Virus record (IMG/VR): IMGVR_UViG_3300042892_002669
Location: 1-64,000 of that record
Strand: one strand, 5' to 3'
DNA: 64,000 nucleotides
Source of the DNA: a virus
Positions 49,350 through 59,091 of this stretch are shown here, piece by piece. The notes beneath the pieces are model-generated. The model did no database searches. It had not been told where the DNA came from and saw nothing but the letters and a program-made list of their open reading frames with translations. The translations under genes and the position numbers were made by a program. How positions within the stretch are numbered: position 1 is the stretch's first letter; each line of letters opens with the position of its first letter.

Positions 49350-50408
49350 TTAATAGCCTATTGGCGTGTTATCAGTTAACGAAACAATCTTGCCGGCAAA
49401 CTTGCCGCCAGCGTGTTCAAAATCAACAGTGCCCAATTGAATCAGGATGGGCATCTGATGAGTTCTGGCCAACAGTTCATTTGAAATAGTTTCTTTAACG
49501 GTTCGTATAGTGTTGGTGTTGTGTGCGATTCCCAACTCAGCCAACATGTGTTCAACTGGTTCGGCGCTGATATAATTACTATATGGATTAAGATACAGCA
49601 CATAGTCACACTCTACACTTTTAAGTAACAGTGCCAGTTCATCCATATTATGGATGTTATGTTGTATATTGGTGTTTACAGCAAAACTTAATTTGGTCAC
49701 AGTGTCAGTGTCATTGGCATCAGGTGCTATCTCTTGTTGTAACTGTGGATCAATAGCCACTCCACATGCAGCGAGCTTGGCTATAGTGGACCAGTCAGTT
49801 GACAGTTCCAAGTGTTTCAATGCAGTGTCCAATTGTTCAGATGTAGCAACTATATACAACCTGCCATTGATTCTGGTCAGTGTAGGTTCCCAATACTTGC
49901 AGTTTTCATATAAGGAGACTTCATTGAGTATACCAGTTATCGTATCGCAACAGGTGAATTCAGTGTAGTGCTTGCGAACCATGTCAACAATCAGCTTGAG
50001 CGAACGTAATCCAAACTCAGCGTAGTAATACTTTTCAGTTTGATGCCACTGCATTACACCAAGTGCCCTAAATTCTTTTACAAAAGAATCTTTGTAGGGA
50101 CTGCGCAATATGATAGTGTCAGAATCTACCTTTATATTTGGTACGGTGAATTCACTGGCACTGGGAATAATTTTAGTTGACCAGGGCAGTGCGGCCAGTG
50201 CAGCAACATCATACTCATATTTGGTAAACTGTTTGTGATATTTTAGCAGCACTTTTTTAAACAGTGCAGCTTGATTGGTAGTGATTGGCTTTCTGGACAA
50301 GATATTAGTCACTTGCAAACTGTGCAAAAATCTCTTGTCGTAAGAGCCCAGACTAATGTGCGTGAGCAATAACTCTAGCACTTCTTCCGCATTGTGTATT
50401 CTGTTCAT
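49350..50408 (-). CDS. Hypothetical protein
   Basis: 352-aa ORF; TTGCAT-17-TATAAT promoter at 50416-50444. Confidence 0.75.
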   Translation of the reverse strand: MNRIHNAEEVLELLLTHISLGSYDKRFLHSLQVTNILSRKPITTNQAALFKKVLLKYHKQFTKYEYDVAALAALPWSTKIIPSASEFTVPNIKVDSDTIILRSPYKDSFVKEFRALGVMQWHQTEKYYYAEFGLRSLKLIVDMVRKHYTEFTCCDTITGILNEVSLYENCKYWEPTLTRINGRLYIVATSEQLDTALKHLELSTDWSTIAKLAACGVAIDPQLQQEIAPDANDTDTVTKLSFAVNTNIQHNIHNMDELALLLKSVECDYVLYLNPYSNYISAEPVEHMLAELGIAHNTNTIRTVKETISNELLARTHQMPILIQLGTVDFEHAGGKFAGKIVSLTDNTPIGY

Positions 50409-50455
50409 GTGTTCAATTATACAGTGTATTCATAAAAAATGCAACATAAATGGAA

Positions 50456-50477
50456 ACAGGGAGCTTGCGCTCCCTGT
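50456..50477 (-). terminator. Probable terminator hairpin
   Basis: ACAGGGAGC-TTGC-GCTCCCTGT 9-bp stem. Confidence 0.7.
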
Positions 50478-50494
50478 GGACACTTGCAAAAATA

Positions 50495-51529
50495 CTAGCG
50501 TTTCATACATGTACTAACTGCAAGATTGCGCCAGTTATTTGGACTGATCTTAACTAAGTCTGCAATTTTCAAACACATACGCAAACTTAATTCATGCACT
50601 CTATTTTTATTTTCAGCAATAAAGTCCAGAATCATATCAGCTTGCGCTGCTTCAAACGCATAGTCTTTAAACAGCCCGCCATCTGCATCACGATGCACTT
50701 GCTTGATACGCAACATCTTGTCACGCTCAGTATCAATCGTCAAATCTAAAAAGTGACAACGACTTTGCAATGCTTCCAAATGATCTTGCAATTTCTTGCT
50801 CTTGACATTCTCAAACTTCAAGTTAGTGATAAAGATTGCACTGCCGTGAAAATCAAATTGATCTGGGATTCCCTCACGACGAAGCAATGCGCTGTCACTG
50901 TTCCAGCAGATTTTACGGCGCTTGCCTGAATCAAGTGCTGCTTTCAGAATGTTCAGTGACAAGTCATCTTGAAATACGCTGTCACAGTCATCAAACACCA
51001 GAATGTTTTTCTTGTCACTGAATTTGTACAATTGTGCGTACAAGCCCAGTGCAGTCATTGCACCTTTTACAATCTCATAACGAACACGCTTGCCAGCAAG
51101 TTTGTCAAACATGCTAGCTTTTTCTAGCTGAGTTTCAACACCATAGCTTTTGCCTACACCCGGCGGGCCTGAAACAATCATAGCACGAATATCACTGTTG
51201 ATACATGCGCCCGTCATTTCATCAAGTACCGCAAAACGGGTAGCAATGCGATCCATTGCTTGTTCATCTGTTTCTACTGATTTAATTTCTTTTGCTTTAA
51301 ATGCAATAACGTCTGTTGTCACTTCTGCACTCCCGTCTAAATATTGAATATCGCTGATTGAATCTACTTTTACTCTGACGATCTCATTAGCATGATCGAA
51401 TTGCCCATCGTTTTGCACTGTTACATAATTTGCATTCTTGCCAGTTTGATAGCCCTTGACTAACGTGAACACTTGATTTACTACACGACTGTTACGATAC
51501 TGTCCGGAGATGATATTAATAGTTGACAT
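50495..51529 (-). CDS. AAA+ ATPase
   Basis: GPPGVGKS, VFDDCD, IFITN, ALQSR. Confidence 0.88.
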   Translation of the reverse strand: MSTINIISGQYRNSRVVNQVFTLVKGYQTGKNANYVTVQNDGQFDHANEIVRVKVDSISDIQYLDGSAEVTTDVIAFKAKEIKSVETDEQAMDRIATRFAVLDEMTGACINSDIRAMIVSGPPGVGKSYGVETQLEKASMFDKLAGKRVRYEIVKGAMTALGLYAQLYKFSDKKNILVFDDCDSVFQDDLSLNILKAALDSGKRRKICWNSDSALLRREGIPDQFDFHGSAIFITNLKFENVKSKKLQDHLEALQSRCHFLDLTIDTERDKMLRIKQVHRDADGGLFKDYAFEAAQADMILDFIAENKNRVHELSLRMCLKIADLVKISPNNWRNLAVSTCMKR

Positions 51530-51563
51530 TGTTTGCTTCCTTATGTAGTTATCAATACTGTGT

Positions 51564-51592
51564 ATTATACGTGATATGTGATTTACTGTCAA
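51564..51592 (-). promoter_or_regulatory. Consensus sigma70 early promoter TTGACA-17-TATAAT
   Basis: Perfect hexamers and spacing. Confidence 0.88.
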
Positions 51593-51602
51593 CTAAATTG
51601 TC

Positions 51603-51836
51603 TCAAAATACGGCACCCTTGAATTGCTCATAGTCATAGAATGCTACTAACTTATCTTGTTTAAAATACACTGCGATGCCACCCAAATCGTCACATGCGT
51701 CATAATCTGTAAATTCACGCTCAAACCGGTCTTGCAAATCATTGATTGAGTTGCTATCTACATAAGAATCTTCAAAATCATGTGTGTACGTAGCGCTGTT
51801 AATAGTGTTGCTTTCAACGTCAGTGATATCTCTCAT
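51603..51836 (-). CDS. Small acidic early protein
   Basis: 77 aa with GGAG RBS behind a consensus promoter. Confidence 0.7.
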   Translation of the reverse strand: MRDITDVESNTINSATYTHDFEDSYVDSNSINDLQDRFEREFTDYDACDDLGGIAVYFKQDKLVAFYDYEQFKGAVF

Positions 51837-51869
51837 GTTTTTTGCTCCCAATTGATTAGTTAAGTACAC

Positions 51870-51898
51870 ATTATAGCAGACTGTGCATTTACTGTCAA
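51870..51898 (-). promoter_or_regulatory. Consensus sigma70 early promoter TTGACA-17-TATAAT
   Basis: Perfect hexamers; shares TTGACAGTAAAT with the promoter at 51564-51592. Confidence 0.88.
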
Positions 51899-51933
51899 GT
51901 GTGTCTTTTTAGCAACATATTGCTAATTTAGCA

Positions 51934-52389
51934 TCAAATACTGGCGTCTTCCATACCCGCTGTACGCAGTCTGGTGATATGACCCAGCATGAAGTTTTTA
52001 CTTTCAAGCCCTTTCATAACACCCAGCCAACGATTGCGAATCAGTGCCACTTCGTTGATGATAGTTTCAAAGTCAATGACTTCATCTTCGCCGTCCACAT
52101 ACTTCTCAGCATCTCTGCTGGTGAGTACACGATTGTATGCTTCCAAATATTTCTGGAAGTGTTTGCGTCTGATCTTTCTAAGCTGGATGTTCAGAAAGTT
52201 CAGCACAGCCTCAATCTCTTGTAGTTGATTGAATCTGTGCTCGGTGACGCCAGGCAATGAAGCAAGATTTTTTTCAATGTTACCAAAGACGCCAACATCA
52301 CGTTTGGCGTTGCCCAGTTCATTTTCATAATGTAAAATGAAATCAGGTATTGATGCTAGGTCTCTGTTAACTGTTGTATACCAATCCAT
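51934..52389 (-). CDS. uvsY: Recombination mediator UvsY-like
   Basis: Helical, AEKYVDGEDEV, MKGLESKNFML; near uvsX. Confidence 0.8.
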   Translation of the reverse strand: MDWYTTVNRDLASIPDFILHYENELGNAKRDVGVFGNIEKNLASLPGVTEHRFNQLQEIEAVLNFLNIQLRKIRRKHFQKYLEAYNRVLTSRDAEKYVDGEDEVIDFETIINEVALIRNRWLGVMKGLESKNFMLGHITRLRTAGMEDASI

Positions 52390-52401
52390 TGCTGTTTCCT
52401 A

Positions 52402-52647
52402 TCAATAAGGTTCGTCTTCGTCTTCGTCGTACTCGTCCAGATCATCGTCCAGTTGATCCGCATAAACTTTTAATGCAGTGGCAATGTCTTTGTCGCCACG
52501 GAAAGCAAATGCTGCCTTGATATCTGTGGGATCAGCATTATTTTCTATCATGTAATGCACGATAGAATCTGCTGCATCCTTGCGTTCATTGAAATCAATA
52601 TGATTACGCAACACTTCCCAAACTTCTGCAACTATATCTAAATTCAT
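52402..52647 (-). CDS. Hypothetical acidic protein
   Basis: 81-aa ORF between uvsX and uvsY. Confidence 0.7.
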   Translation of the reverse strand: MNLDIVAEVWEVLRNHIDFNERKDAADSIVHYMIENNADPTDIKAAFAFRGDKDIATALKVYADQLDDDLDEYDEDEDEPY

Positions 52648-53753
52648 TAGACCATCTCCTGTTCAATTGCTGGGTCATCTGTTTGTTCAACTTGGTCAAC
52701 CACTTCCTCATCTGGCGTTGCCGTTGATTTTTTCACACCATTGCTAAATTCAGTCATCACGGTGTCCAAGCAGTTGTTCTCATTTGATTCCCAACCCTTG
52801 CGGAACTGCTTGATAACAACACCATCGCCAGTGGTGTAAGACAATCGGTTGCCTTCTTTGGTGAGCAGTCCATTTTTCTCAAACAAGTCAAGCAAGCCCG
52901 AATATGGATTCATACCAGTGCTGTATGGAATCTTGATCTGCAGAGTTTCAAAAGGTTTGGCGTATCGTGTTTTCATAATCTTACATGCGGCACGAATACC
53001 ATTTACTTCTGAGACCTTGTTACCATCTTCATCTTCTTTGAGCTTGAGCTTCTTCATTGCAACCAGAATACTACTTGCGTATACGAAGCCCTGACCACCA
53101 CTTACTTTATCATCTGGATCAAACATATCCTGACTGGCGTATGTGTGATTGGTAGCTACCATACCAATGTTCAAGCTACCAAACATATTTACTGAGTTAC
53201 GTACAAGTGAGGCCAGTGCTTTGGGCTTACGACCCATGTCACCTTTCATGTCACCTGCTTCAAACTGATTAACGTCAGTTGGAGTCAGTAACATGCCCAA
53301 ACTGTCAATAACAAACAATACTTTTGGACGATCTTCCAAAGGCAATGTCTTGTAATCTGTTACAAACTTGCTTACTGTTTTAGCCACATCGTCAATCATG
53401 GCCATGTTTAATTTTAATAGTTTATCTTCACCGGTGTCAACGCCCAGATCATGCAACCACTTTTCATCTAGTGCATTTTCCGAATCGATGAGAACCACAA
53501 AGATACCTTGCTTTTGTGCGTGTCTAACCAAGTTGCCACTGCATATAAAGCTTTTCCCTGATCCAGATTCACCAGCAAATACAGTGACTTTGCCCAAAGG
53601 AACGCCTTTGTTAAAATCACCACTGATAAGATAATTGAGTGCATAATTTCCTGTACTGATCCAATCGGTTGGATCATTAAAACCTATACTAAGACCATCG
53701 ATGCTCTTAGTAATTTCCCGTCTAAATTTTGATACGTCAAATGGCTTTGCCAA
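52647..53753 (-). CDS. uvsX: RecA/UvsX recombinase
   Basis: GESGSGKS, IDSENAL, IDSLGML, NHTY, SGGQG..YASS; TTG start after AGGAG. Confidence 0.95.
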   Translation of the reverse strand: MAKPFDVSKFRREITKSIDGLSIGFNDPTDWISTGNYALNYLISGDFNKGVPLGKVTVFAGESGSGKSFICSGNLVRHAQKQGIFVVLIDSENALDEKWLHDLGVDTGEDKLLKLNMAMIDDVAKTVSKFVTDYKTLPLEDRPKVLFVIDSLGMLLTPTDVNQFEAGDMKGDMGRKPKALASLVRNSVNMFGSLNIGMVATNHTYASQDMFDPDDKVSGGQGFVYASSILVAMKKLKLKEDEDGNKVSEVNGIRAACKIMKTRYAKPFETLQIKIPYSTGMNPYSGLLDLFEKNGLLTKEGNRLSYTTGDGVVIKQFRKGWESNENNCLDTVMTEFSNGVKKSTATPDEEVVDQVEQTDDPAIEQEMV

Positions 53754-53768
53754 TTTATTCTCCTAATT

Positions 53769-53993
53769 TCATTTATTAGTACGATACACGTTATTGACCT
53801 TTTTGTCAATAATTTCCGGGCACTTGTCAGCAATAACATCAATATCCCAATCATTTGGAAAGTGTCTGAGTGCTGTTCTTGCCCTATCTCTAACCATGCC
53901 AGGAACTCTGGGTGTTTTACCAGGGTCGCACAGTTCTTCTAATAGTTTTTTACCCTGCTTAATGGCGAGGTATCTTTGGTCTGGAAGTGTCAT
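53769..53993 (-). CDS. Hypothetical protein
   Basis: MTLPDQRY...TPRVP..VR.RA...LRHFP; AGGAG RBS. Confidence 0.75.
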   Translation of the reverse strand: MTLPDQRYLAIKQGKKLLEELCDPGKTPRVPGMVRDRARTALRHFPNDWDIDVIADKCPEIIDKKVNNVYRTNK

Positions 53994-54009
53994 GTAATTC
54001 TCCTAAAGA

Positions 54010-54028
54010 AGGGGAACACAGTTCCCCT
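54010..54028 (-). terminator. Terminator-like hairpin after gp32
   Basis: AGGGGAAC-ACA-GTTCCCCT. Confidence 0.7.
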
Positions 54029-54038
54029 GTCTTATACT

Positions 54039-55037
54039 TTATACCTTAGCCTGGCGTGAGCGAATCATTGCCAAAATATCTTGGGCTTTGTCGCTTGACG
54101 GTGCTGGAGCTTGTGCAGCGACTGCTGCGGGTGGAGTTTCAAATTGGTCGTCACCTGTCCAAGGAGCAGTAGCAGGTGCTGCTGCAGGCTTGCTGGTTAC
54201 CACTGTTTCAAATGTATCAGTGGCGGCCTTGACTGCACCAGCTGGTGCATCCAAACCATATGGACGATAGTATGCACCCCAACGTTCGTTGTCGTAGGGT
54301 TTACCATCCACACTTGCCTCAAACATTTCTTTCATGATGCGCAGTTCTGCTTCACCAGGTTTCTTTGGCAAGAATTCTGACAGATTGAAAAGACCATGTG
54401 CTTCAATTGCAGCTTGTTCAGCCTCAGTCAATGCACTTTCTTTACGACTCCAAGTTGAAGTGCTATAGTCTGCATAGCCACCCTTGGATGTTTTAGTCAC
54501 GCGGAAATCAAGACCCTGCATGTAGTCAGTGGGCAGGTTTTCCATTTCAGGATCCATCAAGCTGGACTTGATAATGGTAAAGATTTGTGGACTGATGATG
54601 AAACGACGAATTGGATTCGCAGGAGCCTTGTCATCACCAATTGGATTCTGACGTACAAAACCCTGAAACAGGTAGCTGCGTTTCTTCCAGTACTTGTTGG
54701 CCATTTCTTTCAATGACTCATCTTTGTACCAGGGACGTACTTCTGCCAAGATTGGGCAGCTATCGCCATACATTTCTACGCATGGAACTTGTACCACAAC
54801 TTGTTTGCTATTGCTATCACCCTTGACACCATTGAATGGCAGCTTGATTACTTGACGCTCTACCCAGAAGAAAGTGTTAGCTGCGTCACCGTCTGGTAAG
54901 AAACGAATGGTAGCGTTGGTACCTTCTTCCATATTCCAATGGGCGTAGATTGAGTTGTCGCTTTGGGTAGGGGATGCTGATGATGATTTGTTTTCTTGTG
55001 CCGCGATACGGGCACGAATTTCTGCTAATGAAGCCAT
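54039..55037 (-). CDS. gp32: Single-stranded DNA-binding protein (gp32-like)
   Basis: IRFLP, C...GD.CP, YWKKRSY, G.DF...K..KGGYADYSTS. Confidence 0.9.
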   Translation of the reverse strand: MASLAEIRARIAAQENKSSSASPTQSDNSIYAHWNMEEGTNATIRFLPDGDAANTFFWVERQVIKLPFNGVKGDSNSKQVVVQVPCVEMYGDSCPILAEVRPWYKDESLKEMANKYWKKRSYLFQGFVRQNPIGDDKAPANPIRRFIISPQIFTIIKSSLMDPEMENLPTDYMQGLDFRVTKTSKGGYADYSTSTWSRKESALTEAEQAAIEAHGLFNLSEFLPKKPGEAELRIMKEMFEASVDGKPYDNERWGAYYRPYGLDAPAGAVKAATDTFETVVTSKPAAAPATAPWTGDDQFETPPAAVAAQAPAPSSDKAQDILAMIRSRQAKV

Positions 55038-55039
55038 GA

Positions 55040-55153
55040 TATTTCCTTTATATTAAGATGGTCTTTGTTTTTTATTGTCGCTACTTCACTATGAAGTAAC
55101 TAACGCAGACACTATTATAACAAACAATAGCATCTGCGTCAAGTATATTTATC
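55040..55153 (-). promoter_or_regulatory. gp32 control region: late promoter, sigma70 promoter inside an inverted repeat, second hairpin, A-rich leader
   Basis: GATAAATA 55146-55153; TTGACG-17-TATAAT 55114-55142; hairpins 55102-55140 and 55080-55100. Confidence 0.7.
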
Positions 55154-55191
55154 CCAAATGGGACAAATAGATTTTTTTACTGCAGTTTTTA

Positions 55192-57468
55192 CTACTTTAT
55201 TAACCCAGATAGTCTGCGCATTGCAGCCAACTGGTCAGTACTCTCGTCTACACCAACCAGATCGCCTGGTTTGGCACTAAGAAAATCTCCCAATTCTTCT
55301 GCACCACGGCCCCGTTTACCACTTTGATGTTTCCATTCAGAACCAACACGAACAATTTTATCACCGTCGTCATTTACATAAACACGACTGTCGTCCGTGT
55401 AGTACCCAAAAGAATTTAGGGTCGATATCAGAGTATCTTTTGACTCAGAGCCTTCCGACACACCTTGCTCTTTATTTGCTAACTGGTCTAACTTGTCATA
55501 GCGGTCAAAATGCTTCTTGGAAGTTTTGGTATCGCCCTTCATACTGGCATCTTGTGACTTGGCAATTTCTTGTCCAGCACGACTTTTAACATCTTGACCT
55601 GTAGCCAAACGCTTGATATCTTTTCCCAAGCCCTCCGCCACACCTTGCTCTACTGGTCGTTTGAAATTTGGACGAGGTGCTTTACCACTCAGAAACTTCC
55701 CAACATCGGACCAATGACCCACTACTTGGCCTTGTTTGTTTAGTGCTACGATTTTATCATCTTTTTTCGTAATAGTATATCCACTACTTTTAGCCTGATC
55801 TTTCCAATCATACCAACTTGTAAACTTATCAGATTCATTCAATGAGCCTTCCGCTACACCTTTTGTGACCCGAGCAACACCTACCTGCTGATCTTTTGGC
55901 TCAATTGGCTGTTGACCTTGTTCTTGTTCCTTGCGCTTTTTTGCAGCCAGGTCTGCCACGCTACCTTTGCGAGGCTTTTTTGCACCGTAACTGAATGGAC
56001 CAGCCTCCGCCACACCTTCTTTGGGTTCCTGTCTGTCGTACTGACGTTGAGCGCGAGCCTGACTATCATCGGGAAATTGATGGGGTTTCTTGGGTGATTG
56101 GTATTGGTCACCGCGAATGCCTTTGTACACACGCTCACCAGTTTCAGGATCATCCTCGTAGTGATGACGTTCACCTGGACGTAAACTCTCTGCCACTTCT
56201 GGAGTCATGGGTCTTTCAATCTTGTCTATCACACTGTGCATGCGATGGTCATCCGATTGTTCCATCCAATTGATAATGGTTTCAACTGCATCTGCATCAG
56301 GATCTTGCTCTGACAATTCTTCCAGTAGGCCGTTCAACTGATCATCTTCCAAGTTTACCGAAGCCAACATTGCTTTTGCATTCATTGCATTTGGCCCAAC
56401 CACAATCTCATCACTCAACATGCCTGCCAAATCATCCAACTGAGGCATACTCTTGGGTGCTAATCTTTCACTGACCAATTGATCGGCCCACTCTGACAAT
56501 TCAGATATTTCAGCCACTTCATTCATAGAATTGCGACCTCGGCTGATCTTGGACAATATGGGCATGGCGCTTTCTATTCTTGGATCCAATGTGGCGTTCA
56601 TAAACATCTCACTGAGATCCGCACCAGCTGCGTCTTCTATTAGAGTGGGTGACCAATTGTCAAAATGTTCATTGTAGCCACGCTTGCCTGCCATTTTGCG
56701 CAATGACTCACGCAACTGCAGATAGTGTTCAGTGCCTTCTGTGACCAATTGTTGTGTGCTTTCATTGAACTGACCATTTTTAGTGGCTCTGACAAAGCCT
56801 GCCATTTTGGTATAGTCTTCGCACATCTCTCGGATATGATTCCAACGCTCGTCGTTTGGTAATCCACCTTCAGCTATGTGTCTGGCGAAAGGTCTGGCCA
56901 ATCCAGGTTTGGTAGTTGGTGCCAGTACTCGTTCACCCAATGAGTTCTCAATAAAGATTTGAGCAATGTTTCTGTAGCGTTGCTCACCTTCTTCTATTTT
57001 GCGGGTGTGCTTGATCACCATCTTTACTGTGGGAACTGCATCGCTGTAGCTGCCTGACTTGCCCATGGGGTAGTAACCCTCATCCAGTTTTTTTGTGTTT
57101 TCTCTTTTTGCCATATCGTATTTTAAATTGTCAATATCACTTAATTCAAATTTGCTTACTTTACCAAATGTCAGTTTGCGCAATCTGGCAGTTAGTTCGT
57201 GGAAACTGAGCATGCCATCATCAGTTGAACCAGCTGGACTCCCAGCAACGTCATCCCCAAAGTACAGTGTAAGTTCACCAGTGCCGTCGATTCCTATAGT
57301 GATAGTTCCATAGTTTTCTCCGTCTTTGATAAAGTTAAACTGAAACACATCGGCGTCATCGGTTATAGCCATTTCTTTGCCCGACGAATCCAGCATGGTT
57401 GGCTTGTATCCGTTGGTCTTCAAGAACTTGAACACTGTGGCTTTTACTGAGTTTTGGTTAATTGGCAT
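55192..57468 (-). CDS. Probable head-associated polyprotein with C-terminal repeat-delimited modules
   Basis: 758 aa after late promoter 57491-57498; GVAEG-bounded modules; ends MRRLSGLIK. Confidence 0.75.
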   Translation of the reverse strand: MPINQNSVKATVFKFLKTNGYKPTMLDSSGKEMAITDDADVFQFNFIKDGENYGTITIGIDGTGELTLYFGDDVAGSPAGSTDDGMLSFHELTARLRKLTFGKVSKFELSDIDNLKYDMAKRENTKKLDEGYYPMGKSGSYSDAVPTVKMVIKHTRKIEEGEQRYRNIAQIFIENSLGERVLAPTTKPGLARPFARHIAEGGLPNDERWNHIREMCEDYTKMAGFVRATKNGQFNESTQQLVTEGTEHYLQLRESLRKMAGKRGYNEHFDNWSPTLIEDAAGADLSEMFMNATLDPRIESAMPILSKISRGRNSMNEVAEISELSEWADQLVSERLAPKSMPQLDDLAGMLSDEIVVGPNAMNAKAMLASVNLEDDQLNGLLEELSEQDPDADAVETIINWMEQSDDHRMHSVIDKIERPMTPEVAESLRPGERHHYEDDPETGERVYKGIRGDQYQSPKKPHQFPDDSQARAQRQYDRQEPKEGVAEAGPFSYGAKKPRKGSVADLAAKKRKEQEQGQQPIEPKDQQVGVARVTKGVAEGSLNESDKFTSWYDWKDQAKSSGYTITKKDDKIVALNKQGQVVGHWSDVGKFLSGKAPRPNFKRPVEQGVAEGLGKDIKRLATGQDVKSRAGQEIAKSQDASMKGDTKTSKKHFDRYDKLDQLANKEQGVSEGSESKDTLISTLNSFGYYTDDSRVYVNDDGDKIVRVGSEWKHQSGKRGRGAEELGDFLSAKPGDLVGVDESTDQLAAMRRLSGLIK
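55451..56022 (-). repeat. Four dispersed ~20-bp direct repeats (core AAGGTGT(G/A)(G/T)CGGA(A/G)G) separating unique in-frame modules
   Basis: Copies at 55451-55470, 55631-55650, 55847-55866, 56003-56022; periods 180, 216, 156 nt. Confidence 0.85.
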
Positions 57469-57496
57469 AATAGGTCTTATTGTAATATTGTATTTA

Positions 57497-59050
57497 TCAA
57501 CTCATCACTGCATAGAAGGGCAGCGGGGGCAGGAATTCGTCATAATCTCTGATTTGAGTCTCCAATTCCATGTGAAAGCTGCCCAATTCTTGTATCATTC
57601 TGACTATCAGTAGCGTAGACATGACCAAATCATCAGTTTCTCCCGATTTTGCTGCATAACTGCCACCATGGGCCACAAAAGTCTTGAGTTCACTTATCAG
57701 ACTGCGGCTGTTTATCTTCATCTTCTTGGATTCTATCAACTGCTTTAGCTTGGCGCATGCTGCCAGTTTACTCTTGTTGGTGGTGTTAAATCCCTTGCGT
57801 TTTTTAACTCCAGACTCCGTTAGCATGGTGCCAGGTATGTTGTGCTCACCATATTCATGCAGCGACACATTGGCAGCTTCGCCTATACTATTGTTTTCCA
57901 AACTGTAATAGATATTGTTTGGTTCGCCCGTACATTCAACTATGTACTTGATAATCTGCGTGATCAATTTAACTTGCTCGGGGATCGCGGTTTTGTTGTG
58001 CTTCCATTCACCAATCTGGGTAGTGGAGTTTGCTTCAAATATTTGTATAGCCGCTGGATCGCCACCAGTGCCCAAACTTGGATCCAGTCCAATAACATAA
58101 ATGTTGCCTTTGGTTGGTTGCTTGTACCAACGAATTTGTCCCTGTCTGGTAGTGGGTTCAACTCCTTCAAGTTCAAACAGTGCATTGGCATTGATCAGTG
58201 TTTCATCTGCAATGATAAATTCAATTTCCATTTCACGACGGAATCTGTCATCACCCAACTGTGCTCGCATACTGGTAGCCCAGGCTTCATCACGTTCAGG
58301 ATGTGATCTCCAAGTGGCTTTGTACGCACGGAATCCATTGATGCCCAATTCTGTTTCGTTGCCATACTCATCTTCACATTTGTTTGCACCTTTCCAAATC
58401 AGTGCAAATTGATCTTCGTCACTGTTTGGTGTGCTGGTTATAATTGCTTTACCACCAGTTGATAGTGTTGGAGTAATGGATGTCCAGAACTCTTTGGCTA
58501 TGGTTGGTCTTACGAATGCAAACTCGTCCAAGTACAGTAGTGAGATAGATAGACCACGACCTGTGTTTTCAGTTGTAGTTGCGCTTATGATACGACTGCC
58601 GTTGTCAAAGTCTATGTTACCCTTGTTGTAGGTGACCGCCCCTGCTTTAATATGATGAGGACAATTCTCATATGCATATCTTACACGAGACATGATTTCT
58701 TGTGCGCCTGCATATTTGTGCGCTGCAATCAGTATAGTAGTATCAGGTACAAACATAGCGTACCACAAGAGGTAACCTGCGGCACTGGTTGATTTACCTG
58801 TTTGTCGTGCCATCAAGCTGATACTGAATCGGTAATTATGATAAGTGTGTATCAGTTCTTTTTGGAAATCCCATGGATGATAGAGCAAACTGCCGCGAGT
58901 TGGATGCTGTATATAGAAGAAATTGTCCATGAAGTAGAGATATCCCATGATGGGATCACTACATTTTACGAAATCGTCCAGTTGCTGTTGATTGGCAAAC
59001 GTGGTTTTCTCGTAAGGAGTTTTTATTAACGCGGTGATATTTGTACTCAT
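57497..59050 (-). CDS. gp17: Terminase large subunit (gp17-like)
   Basis: ARQTGKST, YLDEFAF, ITSTPN, GLDPSLGTGGD, DDLVM. Confidence 0.95.
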   Translation of the reverse strand: MSTNITALIKTPYEKTTFANQQQLDDFVKCSDPIMGYLYFMDNFFYIQHPTRGSLLYHPWDFQKELIHTYHNYRFSISLMARQTGKSTSAAGYLLWYAMFVPDTTILIAAHKYAGAQEIMSRVRYAYENCPHHIKAGAVTYNKGNIDFDNGSRIISATTTENTGRGLSISLLYLDEFAFVRPTIAKEFWTSITPTLSTGGKAIITSTPNSDEDQFALIWKGANKCEDEYGNETELGINGFRAYKATWRSHPERDEAWATSMRAQLGDDRFRREMEIEFIIADETLINANALFELEGVEPTTRQGQIRWYKQPTKGNIYVIGLDPSLGTGGDPAAIQIFEANSTTQIGEWKHNKTAIPEQVKLITQIIKYIVECTGEPNNIYYSLENNSIGEAANVSLHEYGEHNIPGTMLTESGVKKRKGFNTTNKSKLAACAKLKQLIESKKMKINSRSLISELKTFVAHGGSYAAKSGETDDLVMSTLLIVRMIQELGSFHMELETQIRDYDEFLPPLPFYAVMS

Positions 59051-59091
59051 AATGAGTATTTAGATGTCGGGTGTAATCGGGTAATAAAATA

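Noticed and set aside
55451-56022. GVAEG repeats as a CRISPR array
   Set aside because: Spacers are 136-196 nt and in frame within a gene, the repeats are not palindromic, and no cas genes are present.
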